From the IMG/VR virus record IMGVR_UViG_3300040801_001224, positions 186,001-250,000 of that record: a stretch of DNA of 64,000 bases; one strand, written 5' to 3'. The stretch's first letter is position 1; every line of letters starts with the position of its first letter. The notes under the pieces were generated by a model. That model was not told the DNA's origin. It ran no database searches and was given only the letters and a program-made list of their open reading frames with translations. Positions 17,741-27,166 of this stretch are shown piece after piece. The translations under genes and the position numbers were made by a program.

Positions 17741-18847
17741 ATGTGTAAAGTATCTTTAAATTCAACTAGAAAATGTCGCAAGCATAAGGTGACCGGTGAA
17801 GTAATTGATCTGCCGGCTTGCGTTGTTTGTGGCAAAAAAGGCTCACCAATGACAGGCTGGGTTGAGTTAGATGATTCAGATTACCTTTACGCAAGATGGC
17901 GCCCAGTGAGCCAGAAAATTTCTGAAATGACTGGACACTCTACTGATGATTCTTGTTGCGAGAGTTGTAAGAGAAAGCTGAATAGGGAATGGCGTAGAGC
18001 TAATCCTGATGCCTATATCAATAGCATTGATGCAGAGCGTCACATTAAATTAAACGATTACGTTGGTGTTGAATTGACTATTGCTGAGTTTAACCACGTC
18101 ATGGCTCTGTCCAAAACGGGTGAGAAGGCTGCGGATCAATTCAAAGCAATGGTTGAATTGGGTATTGACTACAAAACGTTCAACAGTGTTGCAGAGTATA
18201 CATACTACACTCGTTATAATAACTACAACCCTGGCACAACTATTGAAGAGTTTCGTGAAATCCGCAAAGAAGGCATTAACTACGCTGAATTTGTGGAAAA
18301 AGAAAATAGCAAAATTATCGCATATATGCAACATGGTGATGAAACCAAATATATCGACTTCATCACAAAGAAGCCATTCCACGTAACTGATTACACCGAA
18401 GCAGGTAACGATCAGTTTAAGGAACTCCTTGGCTTCGATACTCTTGAAGAAAAGCCTGATCATCATCATTTTGTGATTTGTAAAAACATTTCTGTAACCA
18501 AAAACAACACAATGAATCCATCGGGTATTATGAAAACTGACATACTTGGTAATTCAGATTATTTTATTGAAATGATGGGTACTATTGCAATTGGCAAAAC
18601 CACCCACAAGCTCATGCATGGTGACAAACTTGGTGGCGATTTTGACATCAACGACATGATGGAATTGGGCATTGCTCCGTGGTGGGCACAGTGTAAAGAT
18701 AATTACGAAGCATTGCGATCTAAATACCCAGGTGTTATTGACCACATTGATTATGAAGAAATGATTGCTAGGCACACCCTATCTAACTACTTGGATGGCA
18801 CATACATGATGTCAGATAAAGCACAAGTAAGATTCCAATACATTTGA
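17741..18847 (+). CDS. Cys-rich protein with possible C-terminal HNH-like nuclease domain
   Basis: Start moved to ATG 17741 (SD AAGGA; the TTG start lies in the promoter); CxxC pairs; DHHHF...N...THKLMH. Confidence 0.45.
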   Translation: MCKVSLNSTRKCRKHKVTGEVIDLPACVVCGKKGSPMTGWVELDDSDYLYARWRPVSQKISEMTGHSTDDSCCESCKRKLNREWRRANPDAYINSIDAERHIKLNDYVGVELTIAEFNHVMALSKTGEKAADQFKAMVELGIDYKTFNSVAEYTYYTRYNNYNPGTTIEEFREIRKEGINYAEFVEKENSKIIAYMQHGDETKYIDFITKKPFHVTDYTEAGNDQFKELLGFDTLEEKPDHHHFVICKNISVTKNNTMNPSGIMKTDILGNSDYFIEMMGTIAIGKTTHKLMHGDKLGGDFDINDMMELGIAPWWAQCKDNYEALRSKYPGVIDHIDYEEMIARHTLSNYLDGTYMMSDKAQVRFQYI

Positions 18848-18872
18848 CATATCCACTTTCTTGTGCTATAAT
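18844..18872 (+). promoter_or_regulatory. sigma70 promoter (CCACT class)
   Basis: TTGACA-tatCCACT...-TATAAT, 17-nt spacer. Confidence 0.8.
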
Positions 18873-18902
18873 AGTGGCGATTCGAAATAAAGGAGAATCG
18901 TT

Positions 18903-19502
18903 TTGGAAAAAATTATATTAGTTGACGTTGATGGTGTATTGCTCGACTGGAACGCAGGTTTCTGTAATTGGATGGATAAGCAAGGCTTTCCGTTCATCCC
19001 AGGTACTGAACATGAATACGCTATTGAAAAGCGTCACGAGAATGTTACATTCACACAGGCACGTAAATTGATAGAAGAATTTAACACTTCTGACGAACTG
19101 CGTACCCTACAACCCAATAAAGACTCACAAGAATTTGTTGCCAAACTTGTTGATGAAGGTTTCCGGTTTATTGCTGTTACTGCGGTATCCGATGATCCGG
19201 TTGCTGGCATTAACAGACGTTATAACTTGGAGCAGGTGTTTGGCGATATATTTGATGAGATCCACTGTACTCCATTAGGTGAATCCAAGCAGGTCATCCT
19301 ACGTGAAAACTGGGGTGGTACAGGTTTGATATGGATCGAGGATCACTTCAAAAATGCTGAAGCGGGTTACGAAGAAGGCCTACGTTCTGTACTGGTGGAC
19401 ACACCATATAACAGGCACTTCATGACCGATCTGTTCCCCAGAGTGGACGCTGAAAAACCCTGGGCAGATATCTATAAAATTGTACATGATCTGTACAGAT
19501 AA
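18903..19502 (+). CDS. HAD-superfamily hydrolase, 5'(3')-deoxyribonucleotidase-like
   Basis: LVDVDGVLLDW, IWIEDH. Confidence 0.85.
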   Translation: MEKIILVDVDGVLLDWNAGFCNWMDKQGFPFIPGTEHEYAIEKRHENVTFTQARKLIEEFNTSDELRTLQPNKDSQEFVAKLVDEGFRFIAVTAVSDDPVAGINRRYNLEQVFGDIFDEIHCTPLGESKQVILRENWGGTGLIWIEDHFKNAEAGYEEGLRSVLVDTPYNRHFMTDLFPRVDAEKPWADIYKIVHDLYR

Positions 19503-19510
19503 ATAAACAC

Positions 19511-19582
19511 GTTGCTAGGGTGTGAACACTGGCTACCAGGTCTAATATCCTGTTCCGCCCTTGGAATCGCCCTAGCACACCA
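19511..19582 (+). ncRNA. Candidate 72-nt structured RNA ending in ACCA (tRNA-like, non-canonical)
   Basis: Starts 5 nt after TAAATA(19500-19505); closing stem TGCTAGGGTG/CGCCCTAGCA; internal hairpins; 3' CCA at 19580-19582; no canonical T or D loops. Confidence 0.35.
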
Positions 19583-19599
19583 AAAAATAAATCCCCTTT

Positions 19600-19621
19600 T
19601 AGTGTGAACTAGTTCACACTA
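19600..19621. promoter_or_regulatory. Perfect 22-bp palindrome matching the CRP box (TGTGA-N6-TCACA)
   Basis: TAGTGTGAACTAGTTCACACTA, centred about 60 bp upstream of the predicted +1. Confidence 0.65.
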
Positions 19622-19634
19622 TTACCTCAGAACG

Positions 19635-19663
19635 TTGACAATACCACTTTTTTCCAGTATAAT
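19635..19663 (+). promoter_or_regulatory. sigma70 promoter (CCACT class)
   Basis: TTGACA-ataCCACT...-TATAAT, 17-nt spacer. Confidence 0.85.
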
Positions 19664-19717
19664 GTATATAAATAGAGATATACATTTAAACTTAATTAAT
19701 CCGTAGGAGGATGAGTC

Positions 19718-21670
19718 ATGAAAACATCAATTTTTAAGAGTTTATTGATACTGACCACGTTGGTGATCCCACTGGTCGTTAACCCTTTATATGCCCACGG
19801 CAACAAGGGCAATAAGGGAAAGAACAAAGGCCAACAATGTTCTTATACAATTCAACAGGGTAACAAAGGTGAGAACTGCGTAGTAGTCACACCAGGTGCT
19901 ACAACTTTTGAAACTACAAGTAAAGGTGTGGTGGTATTCACTGATTTCACTATTAGTGAGCCAGTCAAGAAAACACTAAACACAATGTACAGCTTCGACA
20001 TTGACTTTGCTCAAGACAACAAAGTGTGTAATAAATTAGAAGCACAGATTGAAAAGCGTCCAGTTGGGCGATTTAAGGCAAAGAAGAAAAGTAAAGGTCT
20101 TGAATTCACGTCTAAAAAGATTTTTAAGAATAAAAGATTTTCTAAATGTGACATCACAGCAATAAGCGTCAAAGTTTTCAAAATCAATAAAGGCAACTTA
20201 GGCACTGCTAATACTACCCCAACAACTCCTCCGCCAGCACCTGAAATGTGTGAATGGAATGAAGCTATTGAAGCCACTGATCCTGCTTGCCAGGAACCAC
20301 CACGCTGTGAGTGGAACAGTGACATCTACGCTGATGACTCTTCATGTGTTGAACCACCACGCTGTGAGTGGAATCAGGATATTTATGCTGATGATCAGAA
20401 TTGTGTAGAGCCAGTTACATACGTTTCAAAGGCAGAGCAGATCGCAAACTTACGTCAAATCGTTTATACTAAAGCCTCTGAGCTTGGCTTAAACACTAGT
20501 GGCACACGTTTTGTGGGTCTTGACATTGGTAACGATGGCGATCAAGACATCCTGGCGATCTACGCATTCCACTGGGATGGTCAGGAAGGTCCTGCGGTAC
20601 TGTATATCAACGACACTACATCAGAGAACGGTTGGATTGAGCAAGACATCAACCTTAACACTAACTCTGGATACCGTTCAGCAGTAGTAGGTGACTTCAC
20701 TGGCGATGGTCAAGACGATGTGTTCATCTATAATGGTGCTGGATATAACGTTATGTTAACTCAGATGAATGGTAGCTTGTACAATAACGGTTACATTCCA
20801 GAAGAAGATGGCACAAGCACATATACTAAAGGTTATCAGAAGCACATGGTTAAGCACTCAGCGGCTGACTTTGATGGTGACGGCGATTTAGATGTATTTG
20901 TTGTAGCACAGAACGATTTCGACCAGTACAGAGCAGACAGCCACATTTGGTACATTAATGATGGCAATGGCAACTTTACGCCAGAGTACAGAACTGACCG
21001 CACACAACGTGGCATCTGGTACAACTACGTACTGTCTAGCGCAATCGCTGACTTTGACCGTGACGGCACTTTAGACGTGTATTTAGGTACTGCCAACAAT
21101 GACAATGGTTCCACAAACTATGGTTTAGGCAACCAGATGTTTGGTAACGTTGACGCACTGATTTGCTCAAAAGGTGGCAAGTATAAGAAGTTGATCTCAC
21201 GTACTACTAACCATGGTGTGTCAAGTTCTTCAGCAGAGCATATTGATGTTGTTGCTGACGATGTGAATGGTGACGGCAACCCTGACATTATTGCGCTGAA
21301 CTTTGATACTACTACTAAAGGCAACTCACGTGTAGAGATTAAACTTGGTAATGGTGATGGTACTTTTGAAACAGCTCAAGTACTGTGGAATAGTACACGT
21401 GGTGATGCTCGCATTGGCTATGAAGATGTTAACGGCGATGGCCTAAAGGATATTGTAACAATCCCACAGAGCCAGGCTTACACATACCGTAACTTAACAA
21501 ACGCAGGTACTTCTTATGTACTTAATAACACTAAGAGTACCGTCTACATTAACCAGGGTAATGGTCAATTTGTAGAAGATATGGGCGTAACTATTGACAA
21601 GGTTAGCATATTAACAGCAATGTTCTTTGTAACCGACAATAATGCTTACAACCCAATTGAACTCCATTAA
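19718..21670 (+). CDS. Secreted FG-GAP/VCBS-repeat (Ca-binding beta-propeller) protein
   Basis: Signal peptide (..PLYA); three CEWN..I.A.D..C.EP repeats; at least 6 DxxGDGxxD-type motifs. Confidence 0.85.
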   Translation: MKTSIFKSLLILTTLVIPLVVNPLYAHGNKGNKGKNKGQQCSYTIQQGNKGENCVVVTPGATTFETTSKGVVVFTDFTISEPVKKTLNTMYSFDIDFAQDNKVCNKLEAQIEKRPVGRFKAKKKSKGLEFTSKKIFKNKRFSKCDITAISVKVFKINKGNLGTANTTPTTPPPAPEMCEWNEAIEATDPACQEPPRCEWNSDIYADDSSCVEPPRCEWNQDIYADDQNCVEPVTYVSKAEQIANLRQIVYTKASELGLNTSGTRFVGLDIGNDGDQDILAIYAFHWDGQEGPAVLYINDTTSENGWIEQDINLNTNSGYRSAVVGDFTGDGQDDVFIYNGAGYNVMLTQMNGSLYNNGYIPEEDGTSTYTKGYQKHMVKHSAADFDGDGDLDVFVVAQNDFDQYRADSHIWYINDGNGNFTPEYRTDRTQRGIWYNYVLSSAIADFDRDGTLDVYLGTANNDNGSTNYGLGNQMFGNVDALICSKGGKYKKLISRTTNHGVSSSSAEHIDVVADDVNGDGNPDIIALNFDTTTKGNSRVEIKLGNGDGTFETAQVLWNSTRGDARIGYEDVNGDGLKDIVTIPQSQAYTYRNLTNAGTSYVLNNTKSTVYINQGNGQFVEDMGVTIDKVSILTAMFFVTDNNAYNPIELH

Positions 21671-21689
21671 GCGAGTAAAATAAAACTCT

Positions 21690-21716
21690 AAAAAGCCCGG
21701 CTTGTCCGGGCTTTTT
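21690..21716 (+). terminator. Intrinsic terminator
   Basis: AAAAGCCCGG-cttgt-CCGGGCTTTTT. Confidence 0.85.
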
Positions 21717-21763
21717 CGTGGATTCACGATAAATATAGATATTAAGCAGTTGGGGAATAAACT

Positions 21764-22459
21764 ATGGCAGTAAAAACGCAGGGTCTAAATACAACGAGAT
21801 TCAAAAATTTACGTATTAATAGACCAAAAGTACCAGCACGATTCAACGGGGAGAAGGATCCTGCCCACTATTCATATCACGCAGACTCACGCACAACTAC
21901 CATCATATTCAATAATGAGAATACCACCGGATGGATTTTAACTGACGACGAAGTACCACAGGGACAAAAAATATACTGGGAAATAGAAGTATTGAGTCCC
22001 GTGTCATCTTCAGATATAGGTATTGGCATAATGGCTATTAATTCTGGTAATCCGGCCGATGTGACAACCAGTAATATACGATTCAACACAAACGAATCGG
22101 TCTATTGGACGCCACTGGGAACGCATATTGTGAATGGTAACGAATCTGGTGGCAGTGATCCATGGATAATTTATGGACAAAATGACCGAGTAATGCTTGA
22201 ATTCGATCGAATCAACGGCACCATACGACCAGGACTAAATGGTGTATGGGAAGGTAGGACGTCTGGATTACCAGCATGGGGCTCAGGCCAAACTACGTCC
22301 AACTACAGTTGGTATCCAATGGTGGGGACTTACACTCCGTTGCCGCAAACGTTGAATATTCAGTTCAAGGAACATTTTTCACAGTCTAGTATGTTATATT
22401 TTAACCAAGCGGCAAATGATGCTGTGCCTTTTACTAGGTTTGCTGTTACAGGTGAATAA
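21764..22459 (+). CDS. Late SPRY/concanavalin-like domain protein
   Basis: QKIYWEIEVL...DIGIGI...QNDRVMLEFD; late box at 21730. Confidence 0.7.
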   Translation: MAVKTQGLNTTRFKNLRINRPKVPARFNGEKDPAHYSYHADSRTTTIIFNNENTTGWILTDDEVPQGQKIYWEIEVLSPVSSSDIGIGIMAINSGNPADVTTSNIRFNTNESVYWTPLGTHIVNGNESGGSDPWIIYGQNDRVMLEFDRINGTIRPGLNGVWEGRTSGLPAWGSGQTTSNYSWYPMVGTYTPLPQTLNIQFKEHFSQSSMLYFNQAANDAVPFTRFAVTGE

Positions 22460-22500
22460 TAGATAAATAAGACTAAATAACACTTCAGGAGACTTTTTCA

Positions 22501-23202
22501 ATGAGTTTAAAAATGACAGGCAACTTCCGCATACCATCAGGGAGTTTTAAGGCAGGTGATCCACCTCCACCACCACCAAGTTTTACACCAGCTACATGGG
22601 ATAGTTCACGCTTTGCGCTAAGTGCAAGTCATTACACGCTATCTAACGGTGATAGAGACGTTACTGGTATTATGAGCGGCAATGGTAACTTAGGTGGGTT
22701 CGCAACCAATGACGTAACAAGTGGAAAGTGGTACTGGGAAGTTACATTAACTTCTTTTGTAGGCACGTGGTCTAAGCAAGGAAAATACGGTATTGCGGCG
22801 TCGTCTTTTACGCAGTATGCCACACATCCAAATGGTGATCACCCAAATCCAGGCACTGTAATATTCAATAACCTTACATATGTGAATGATGTTTCGATTG
22901 GCGGCAATGGCCTTACGACTCAGGCGCAAGGAGACGTATTGATGTTTGCTCTTGATATGGATAACAAATATTTCTATGCCGGGCAAAATGGAACATGGGC
23001 TAATGGCGCGAGTATTGCTGATATTGAAGCTGGCTCGGGTGCGAACTCAACAGGGCCACAGTTAACTGAAAGTTCATATGCGCCGTATATAGGCAAGACA
23101 CCGGTCATTGCGAGTGCATCGTATACATTTACAGCTAGGATTAACGGTGGACAGGATGCGTTTACATACGCAGTGCCAACTGGATTTACCGCAGGTATTT
23201 AA
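22501..23202 (+). CDS. Late SPRY/B30.2-like domain protein (virion accessory candidate)
   Basis: TWD..LSNGD..SGKWYWEV..GDVLMFALDMDN..YFY.GQNGTW..NGGQDAFTYAVPTGF; late box at 22464. Confidence 0.8.
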   Translation: MSLKMTGNFRIPSGSFKAGDPPPPPPSFTPATWDSSRFALSASHYTLSNGDRDVTGIMSGNGNLGGFATNDVTSGKWYWEVTLTSFVGTWSKQGKYGIAASSFTQYATHPNGDHPNPGTVIFNNLTYVNDVSIGGNGLTTQAQGDVLMFALDMDNKYFYAGQNGTWANGASIADIEAGSGANSTGPQLTESSYAPYIGKTPVIASASYTFTARINGGQDAFTYAVPTGFTAGI

Positions 23203-23215
23203 GGAGAACTAACCC

Positions 23216-23404
23216 ATGATGAATAAAGATGAATTTATGGCTGAACACGCATCGACATTAGCATTTATCTCTAAGGTAGATGCGATTAAAGCAACTATTG
23301 GTACGCCTGGGAGTTTGACACTCTCGCAATTAGAGTCATTAGCACCACAATTTGAGAAATTAATACAAGACGAATATGACGCTTACGTAGCAGAAAATTC
23401 ATAA
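23216..23404 (+). CDS. Small hypothetical protein
   Basis: 62 aa, SD AAGGAG. Confidence 0.7.
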   Translation: MMNKDEFMAEHASTLAFISKVDAIKATIGTPGSLTLSQLESLAPQFEKLIQDEYDAYVAENS

Positions 23405-23410
23405 AAGACA

Positions 23411-23436
23411 AAAAAGCCCACATGAAGTGGGCTTTT
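23411..23436. terminator. Bidirectional terminator between convergent genes
   Basis: AAAAAGCCCAC-atgaa-GTGGGCTTTT. Confidence 0.85.
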
Positions 23437-23457
23437 CCAAGATACGGATCACCTCCT

Positions 23458-24195
23458 TTATAAGACTTCTCCGAATAATTCCAACGCCATCTTAGTCGTT
23501 TCAGAACGTTCAACATGTTCATGTTTAAACTCAACTAATCTAATGCCATTGATATTATCGCCTTTTCTTTCTCTCATATGTAGCATATGGAGAACATCGG
23601 CTAAGCCTTGTTTGCCTTGATCGGACTGTTTTGTATCGCCAGTAACAACAATGCGTGAACCAGATCCAGCTCTTGTTAGAGCCATTTTCATCTGATTCTG
23701 CGTTGTCAACTGTGCTTCGTCAATAATAATAAAAGAATTGACAAAAGTGCGGCCACGCATATATGCTAGTGGAGCAATTTCAATAATACGCTCTTCCATC
23801 ATACTTGCGATGTCCCTTGGTGAGTAATACTCCTCAAATACGTCATAGATAGGACGTACCCATGGAGCCATTTTTTCTTCTAATGTGCCAGGCAAGAAAC
23901 CGTGTTCTTCGTCCACAGAAACTGCTGGTCTTGTGATTACAATGCGGTCTACCTTGCCGTTTTGTAAATCCTGGATTGCTTTTGTGACTGCGAACATGGT
24001 CTTGCCTGTACCAGCAGACCCTGCGGCTATCACTATTTTATTTGCGTCATCCTCTAAGTATCTTAAATAATCCTCCTGTTTAGTATTACGGGGAATGAGC
24101 TTTACTTCACGTTTACGGATGCGCTTAATACGTGCATCACTAATATTAACCAAGTTATTTTGCTCATGACGAGCCTGTGTTTTACGTTTGGCCAT
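23458..24195 (-). CDS. phoH: PhoH-family ATPase
   Basis: GSAGTGKT, ITRPAV, GFLPG, PLAYMRGRT, IIDEAQ, GDTKQSD; start reassigned to MAKRK (SD AAAGGAG). Confidence 0.96.
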   Translation of the reverse strand: MAKRKTQARHEQNNLVNISDARIKRIRKREVKLIPRNTKQEDYLRYLEDDANKIVIAAGSAGTGKTMFAVTKAIQDLQNGKVDRIVITRPAVSVDEEHGFLPGTLEEKMAPWVRPIYDVFEEYYSPRDIASMMEERIIEIAPLAYMRGRTFVNSFIIIDEAQLTTQNQMKMALTRAGSGSRIVVTGDTKQSDQGKQGLADVLHMLHMRERKGDNINGIRLVEFKHEHVERSETTKMALELFGEVL

Positions 24196-24379
24196 TGATT
24201 CTCCTTTATTATTGTTGGATTCGGGTAGGTTTCGTGATGTGAATTTAGATATTTTTGTATACTTCACATTATTACTTATCGGTCTCCGGCCATATTGTAT
24301 AATTTAACAGCCTTTTCTTTATCTACAATGTATGTTATAAATTGTGATAAATAAGTTAAATAACAAAGGATTTTGGAGC

Positions 24380-24940
24380 ATGAAATACAGTCCTAATTTA
24401 GATTCTATTGGGCAGAACTTGGTTCGTATCGCACACGACGTAACACTAAAAGACATGTTAATGGCTTTTGATGAAGTATTGGAAGAGTCAGGTGTTTACG
24501 CATATCAAAACTGGATAGACGGTGAGCTATGTGAAGGTCCAGAAGTATCACGTTACTGGTTCACGACTACTTGGATGTGGCCAAAGCGTCTAATGCCTAA
24601 CCCGGACGCAGGTCTACGTTTAACTGACAAGGGTGCTAAAGTTTACTTCTACGAAGACAAGTACGTTGAGTCGATTAAAGTTAAGAGCCCACGTGACATC
24701 GACGCACAGACCCATAAAGCAAAAGAACTAGCACATGATGTCTGGTGCGTAAAGATTGAAATGCCTCGCAGATTAATTGATGGCAAGTTAGAAGATATTA
24801 TTGATCTAGAAGACACAATAGAGATTGACGTTTCTCATATTGATAGCGCATATGAGCAACAGGAACCAGAAGTTGTTGAACAAGAACAGCCTGAAGAGCC
24901 AGACTTCGACGACGATTTTGACTTAGAAGAAGAATTATAA
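24380..24940 (+). CDS. Conserved late hypothetical protein
   Basis: Start MKYSPN (SD GGAG); late box at 24348. Confidence 0.75.
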   Translation: MKYSPNLDSIGQNLVRIAHDVTLKDMLMAFDEVLEESGVYAYQNWIDGELCEGPEVSRYWFTTTWMWPKRLMPNPDAGLRLTDKGAKVYFYEDKYVESIKVKSPRDIDAQTHKAKELAHDVWCVKIEMPRRLIDGKLEDIIDLEDTIEIDVSHIDSAYEQQEPEVVEQEQPEEPDFDDDFDLEEEL

Positions 24941-25620
24941 TGGGATTACAATACGGTGATTTAAAAGGACTTGTAATGCCAATGGTTGGCATCGACAAGT
25001 TTCAACCTAAAGCTGGTACAGAAGCTGAAGTTATTGTTGTTAGCTTTTACGTTAAGGACGAACAGGCGGCACATGACTTAGAAAAGTTTTTAGAGATGAG
25101 TAACGTTGAAACACTGGATACTGAGACAAGTCCTAATCCAGATGATGACGGACATTACTTGGTGTTTATTGAGTTATACAGAAACCCACGCTTTTTTGTT
25201 AACTTACGTCTATTATTGCGTGAAATTGAAAACACAACAGAAGAAATGCGCTGGTTAGCAGATGTGTACAAGAATTCAGGCTTATACAGAATGAATGACC
25301 CCAAGCTTCCGGGATTAGTTATTACTGACAAAGCTGAATATGAAGCCAAGATCGTGCCGGAGGAAGATATGTTAGATGGTGAAATGGAAGAAACAGTGAG
25401 TATGCTTGCCAATAAACATGGCATACATATGGAAGCATTCACAGGCGATAAAGAAAAGATCGCATTAAAGTTTGACTTACAAGAACACGCAGTTGCTACA
25501 GACAGAGCATACGAGCAACGCATTATAGAACAATACGTGGGGCCAGTGAGTAAAGTTGGTGATTATTACGTATTGGAAACAGCAGACACATACACATTGT
25601 TCAGGAGAAAAGATGACTAG
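24940..25620 (+). CDS. Conserved late hypothetical protein
   Basis: TAATG overlap; 226 aa. Confidence 0.75.
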   Translation: MGLQYGDLKGLVMPMVGIDKFQPKAGTEAEVIVVSFYVKDEQAAHDLEKFLEMSNVETLDTETSPNPDDDGHYLVFIELYRNPRFFVNLRLLLREIENTTEEMRWLADVYKNSGLYRMNDPKLPGLVITDKAEYEAKIVPEEDMLDGEMEETVSMLANKHGIHMEAFTGDKEKIALKFDLQEHAVATDRAYEQRIIEQYVGPVSKVGDYYVLETADTYTLFRRKDD

Positions 25621-26026
25621 TCTAAAAATTTATCTTATACTTGGTGCCCTAATTGTGGCAATGGGTACTGGTTTTAAAATCTATTATGACTACGCCCAAG
25701 AAAAGATGATCTTATTGGCCGCTTCAGTTGAAAAAGCCAATGATCAGATTAAAGAGCAGGAAAAGACATTCAACGAATACAAGACTACTATTGCTACCCA
25801 GCTTGAGGGTTTGAAGATATTAGAAGAACGTCAATTAGCTGTCGAATCTGAAACCGGTGAACTGGCAAAAATGCTTGCTAGGCATCGCTTGGATCAACTA
25901 TCAGCAGGAAAGCCAGGCTTAATTGAGCGTAAGGCAAATGCGGCAACGAAAAAAGTATTTGCTGAAATTGAAGAAATATCAAAGCCAATAAAGAAAGAAG
26001 AAAAAGAAAGTGAGGGTGAACAATGA
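25613..26026 (+). CDS. Inner-membrane spanin (Rz-like)
   Basis: N-terminal TM plus coiled coil, followed by an overlapping lipoprotein gene; start MTSLK (SD AGGAG). Confidence 0.75.
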   Translation: MTSLKIYLILGALIVAMGTGFKIYYDYAQEKMILLAASVEKANDQIKEQEKTFNEYKTTIATQLEGLKILEERQLAVESETGELAKMLARHRLDQLSAGKPGLIERKANAATKKVFAEIEEISKPIKKEEKESEGEQ

Positions 26027-26442
26027 AATTATTAACGATTATCCTTGCCACATTATTCCTGTCGGGTTGTGCTATATTTGGGCCAGACATTCCGCCTAAT
26101 GCGACAGTCCAGACGCAAGAGTTTACCCTTGTTCCACCGAAACAAACACGCCCCATAACGATGAAGGAAGTAGAATTTAATGTCATAAGTAAGCAAGTAT
26201 TCATAGAAACGCTTATGGAAAAGTACAAGCTGGATTTGACTATTGCTGAAGACATTGCTAGTGAAGTATTTGAGGAAGACATTTCACTTTTCACAGTTAA
26301 CGCACAGTACTATGGTAATTTAGGCGAGAACATGCAGGAAATCATACGTTTCATCAAACAACAACAAAACGCACTCCAATATTATCGTGACAATGTGCCT
26401 GAACCTAAAGAGGGAACAGATACAGAGTCCGAAAATGAATGA
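26023..26442 (+). CDS. Outer-membrane spanin lipoprotein (Rz1-like)
   Basis: Lipobox LFLSG|C; directly after the i-spanin candidate. Confidence 0.75.
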   Translation: MKLLTIILATLFLSGCAIFGPDIPPNATVQTQEFTLVPPKQTRPITMKEVEFNVISKQVFIETLMEKYKLDLTIAEDIASEVFEEDISLFTVNAQYYGNLGENMQEIIRFIKQQQNALQYYRDNVPEPKEGTDTESENE

Positions 26443-27166
26443 TTACTATGACATATTGGGTGTAAGTAGAACTGCTAGTAAAAATGAAATTAAAATAGCT
26501 TATAAAAAGCTTGCGTCAATATACCACCCGGATAAAAACTCAGACCCAAGAGCAAAGGACTTTTTTGGATTAATCAAAGAAGCGTATACCACTCTTGGAA
26601 ATGAAAAGAAACGTGAAGCATACGACAAGCCGGCGTATGATGCGATGCTCAAGCACATATTTGACAACGGCCCAGTGTACAGAAAAGTACATGATATTTA
26701 TATTACCCTAGAAGATGCGTACAATGGGTGTAAACGTCCTTTAGGCGATGTCACAGCAGAGATACCACCTGGCGTACTCAACAAAGCACGTATGGCACTG
26801 GGTGATACGCTATATAATGTCAACGTCATAAAGCATGATGTGTTTAAACGCAATAGAGATGATTTGCTATTGGACATTGACATAGACGGTGTAGAAGCAC
26901 TGATGGGTAAGCGAGTTGAGATACATCATTTAAATGGTGAAAAACTCACAGTAACGTTAACAGAAACATTTACCGGCGACCTAATCAGACTAGAGGGCAA
27001 GGGTATGCCTAACCAGCTATCGGGTGAGTACGGCGATTTATACTTAAAGATCACAGTAAACCCAATTGATAAAAACACATTGACAAAGCCACTTATAGAT
27101 GCTATAATAGACGCATACGGTGAAAAAATCTTAGAACCAAGGGTGATAAATGAACCAAGAAATTAA
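26435..27166 (+). CDS. dnaJ: DnaJ/CbpA-class J-domain co-chaperone lacking a zinc finger
   Basis: DYYDILGV..YHPDKN..AY..L; C-terminal LEGKGMP..GDLY. Confidence 0.92.
   Translation: MNDYYDILGVSRTASKNEIKIAYKKLASIYHPDKNSDPRAKDFFGLIKEAYTTLGNEKKREAYDKPAYDAMLKHIFDNGPVYRKVHDIYITLEDAYNGCKRPLGDVTAEIPPGVLNKARMALGDTLYNVNVIKHDVFKRNRDDLLLDIDIDGVEALMGKRVEIHHLNGEKLTVTLTETFTGDLIRLEGKGMPNQLSGEYGDLYLKITVNPIDKNTLTKPLIDAIIDAYGEKILEPRVINEPRN

Noticed and set aside
19511-19582. Calling the small RNA a canonical or amber-suppressor tRNA (CTA occurs in two possible loops)
   Set aside because: No TTC T-loop, no D-loop GG and no 7-nt anticodon loop on a 5-bp stem; retained only as a tRNA-like candidate.
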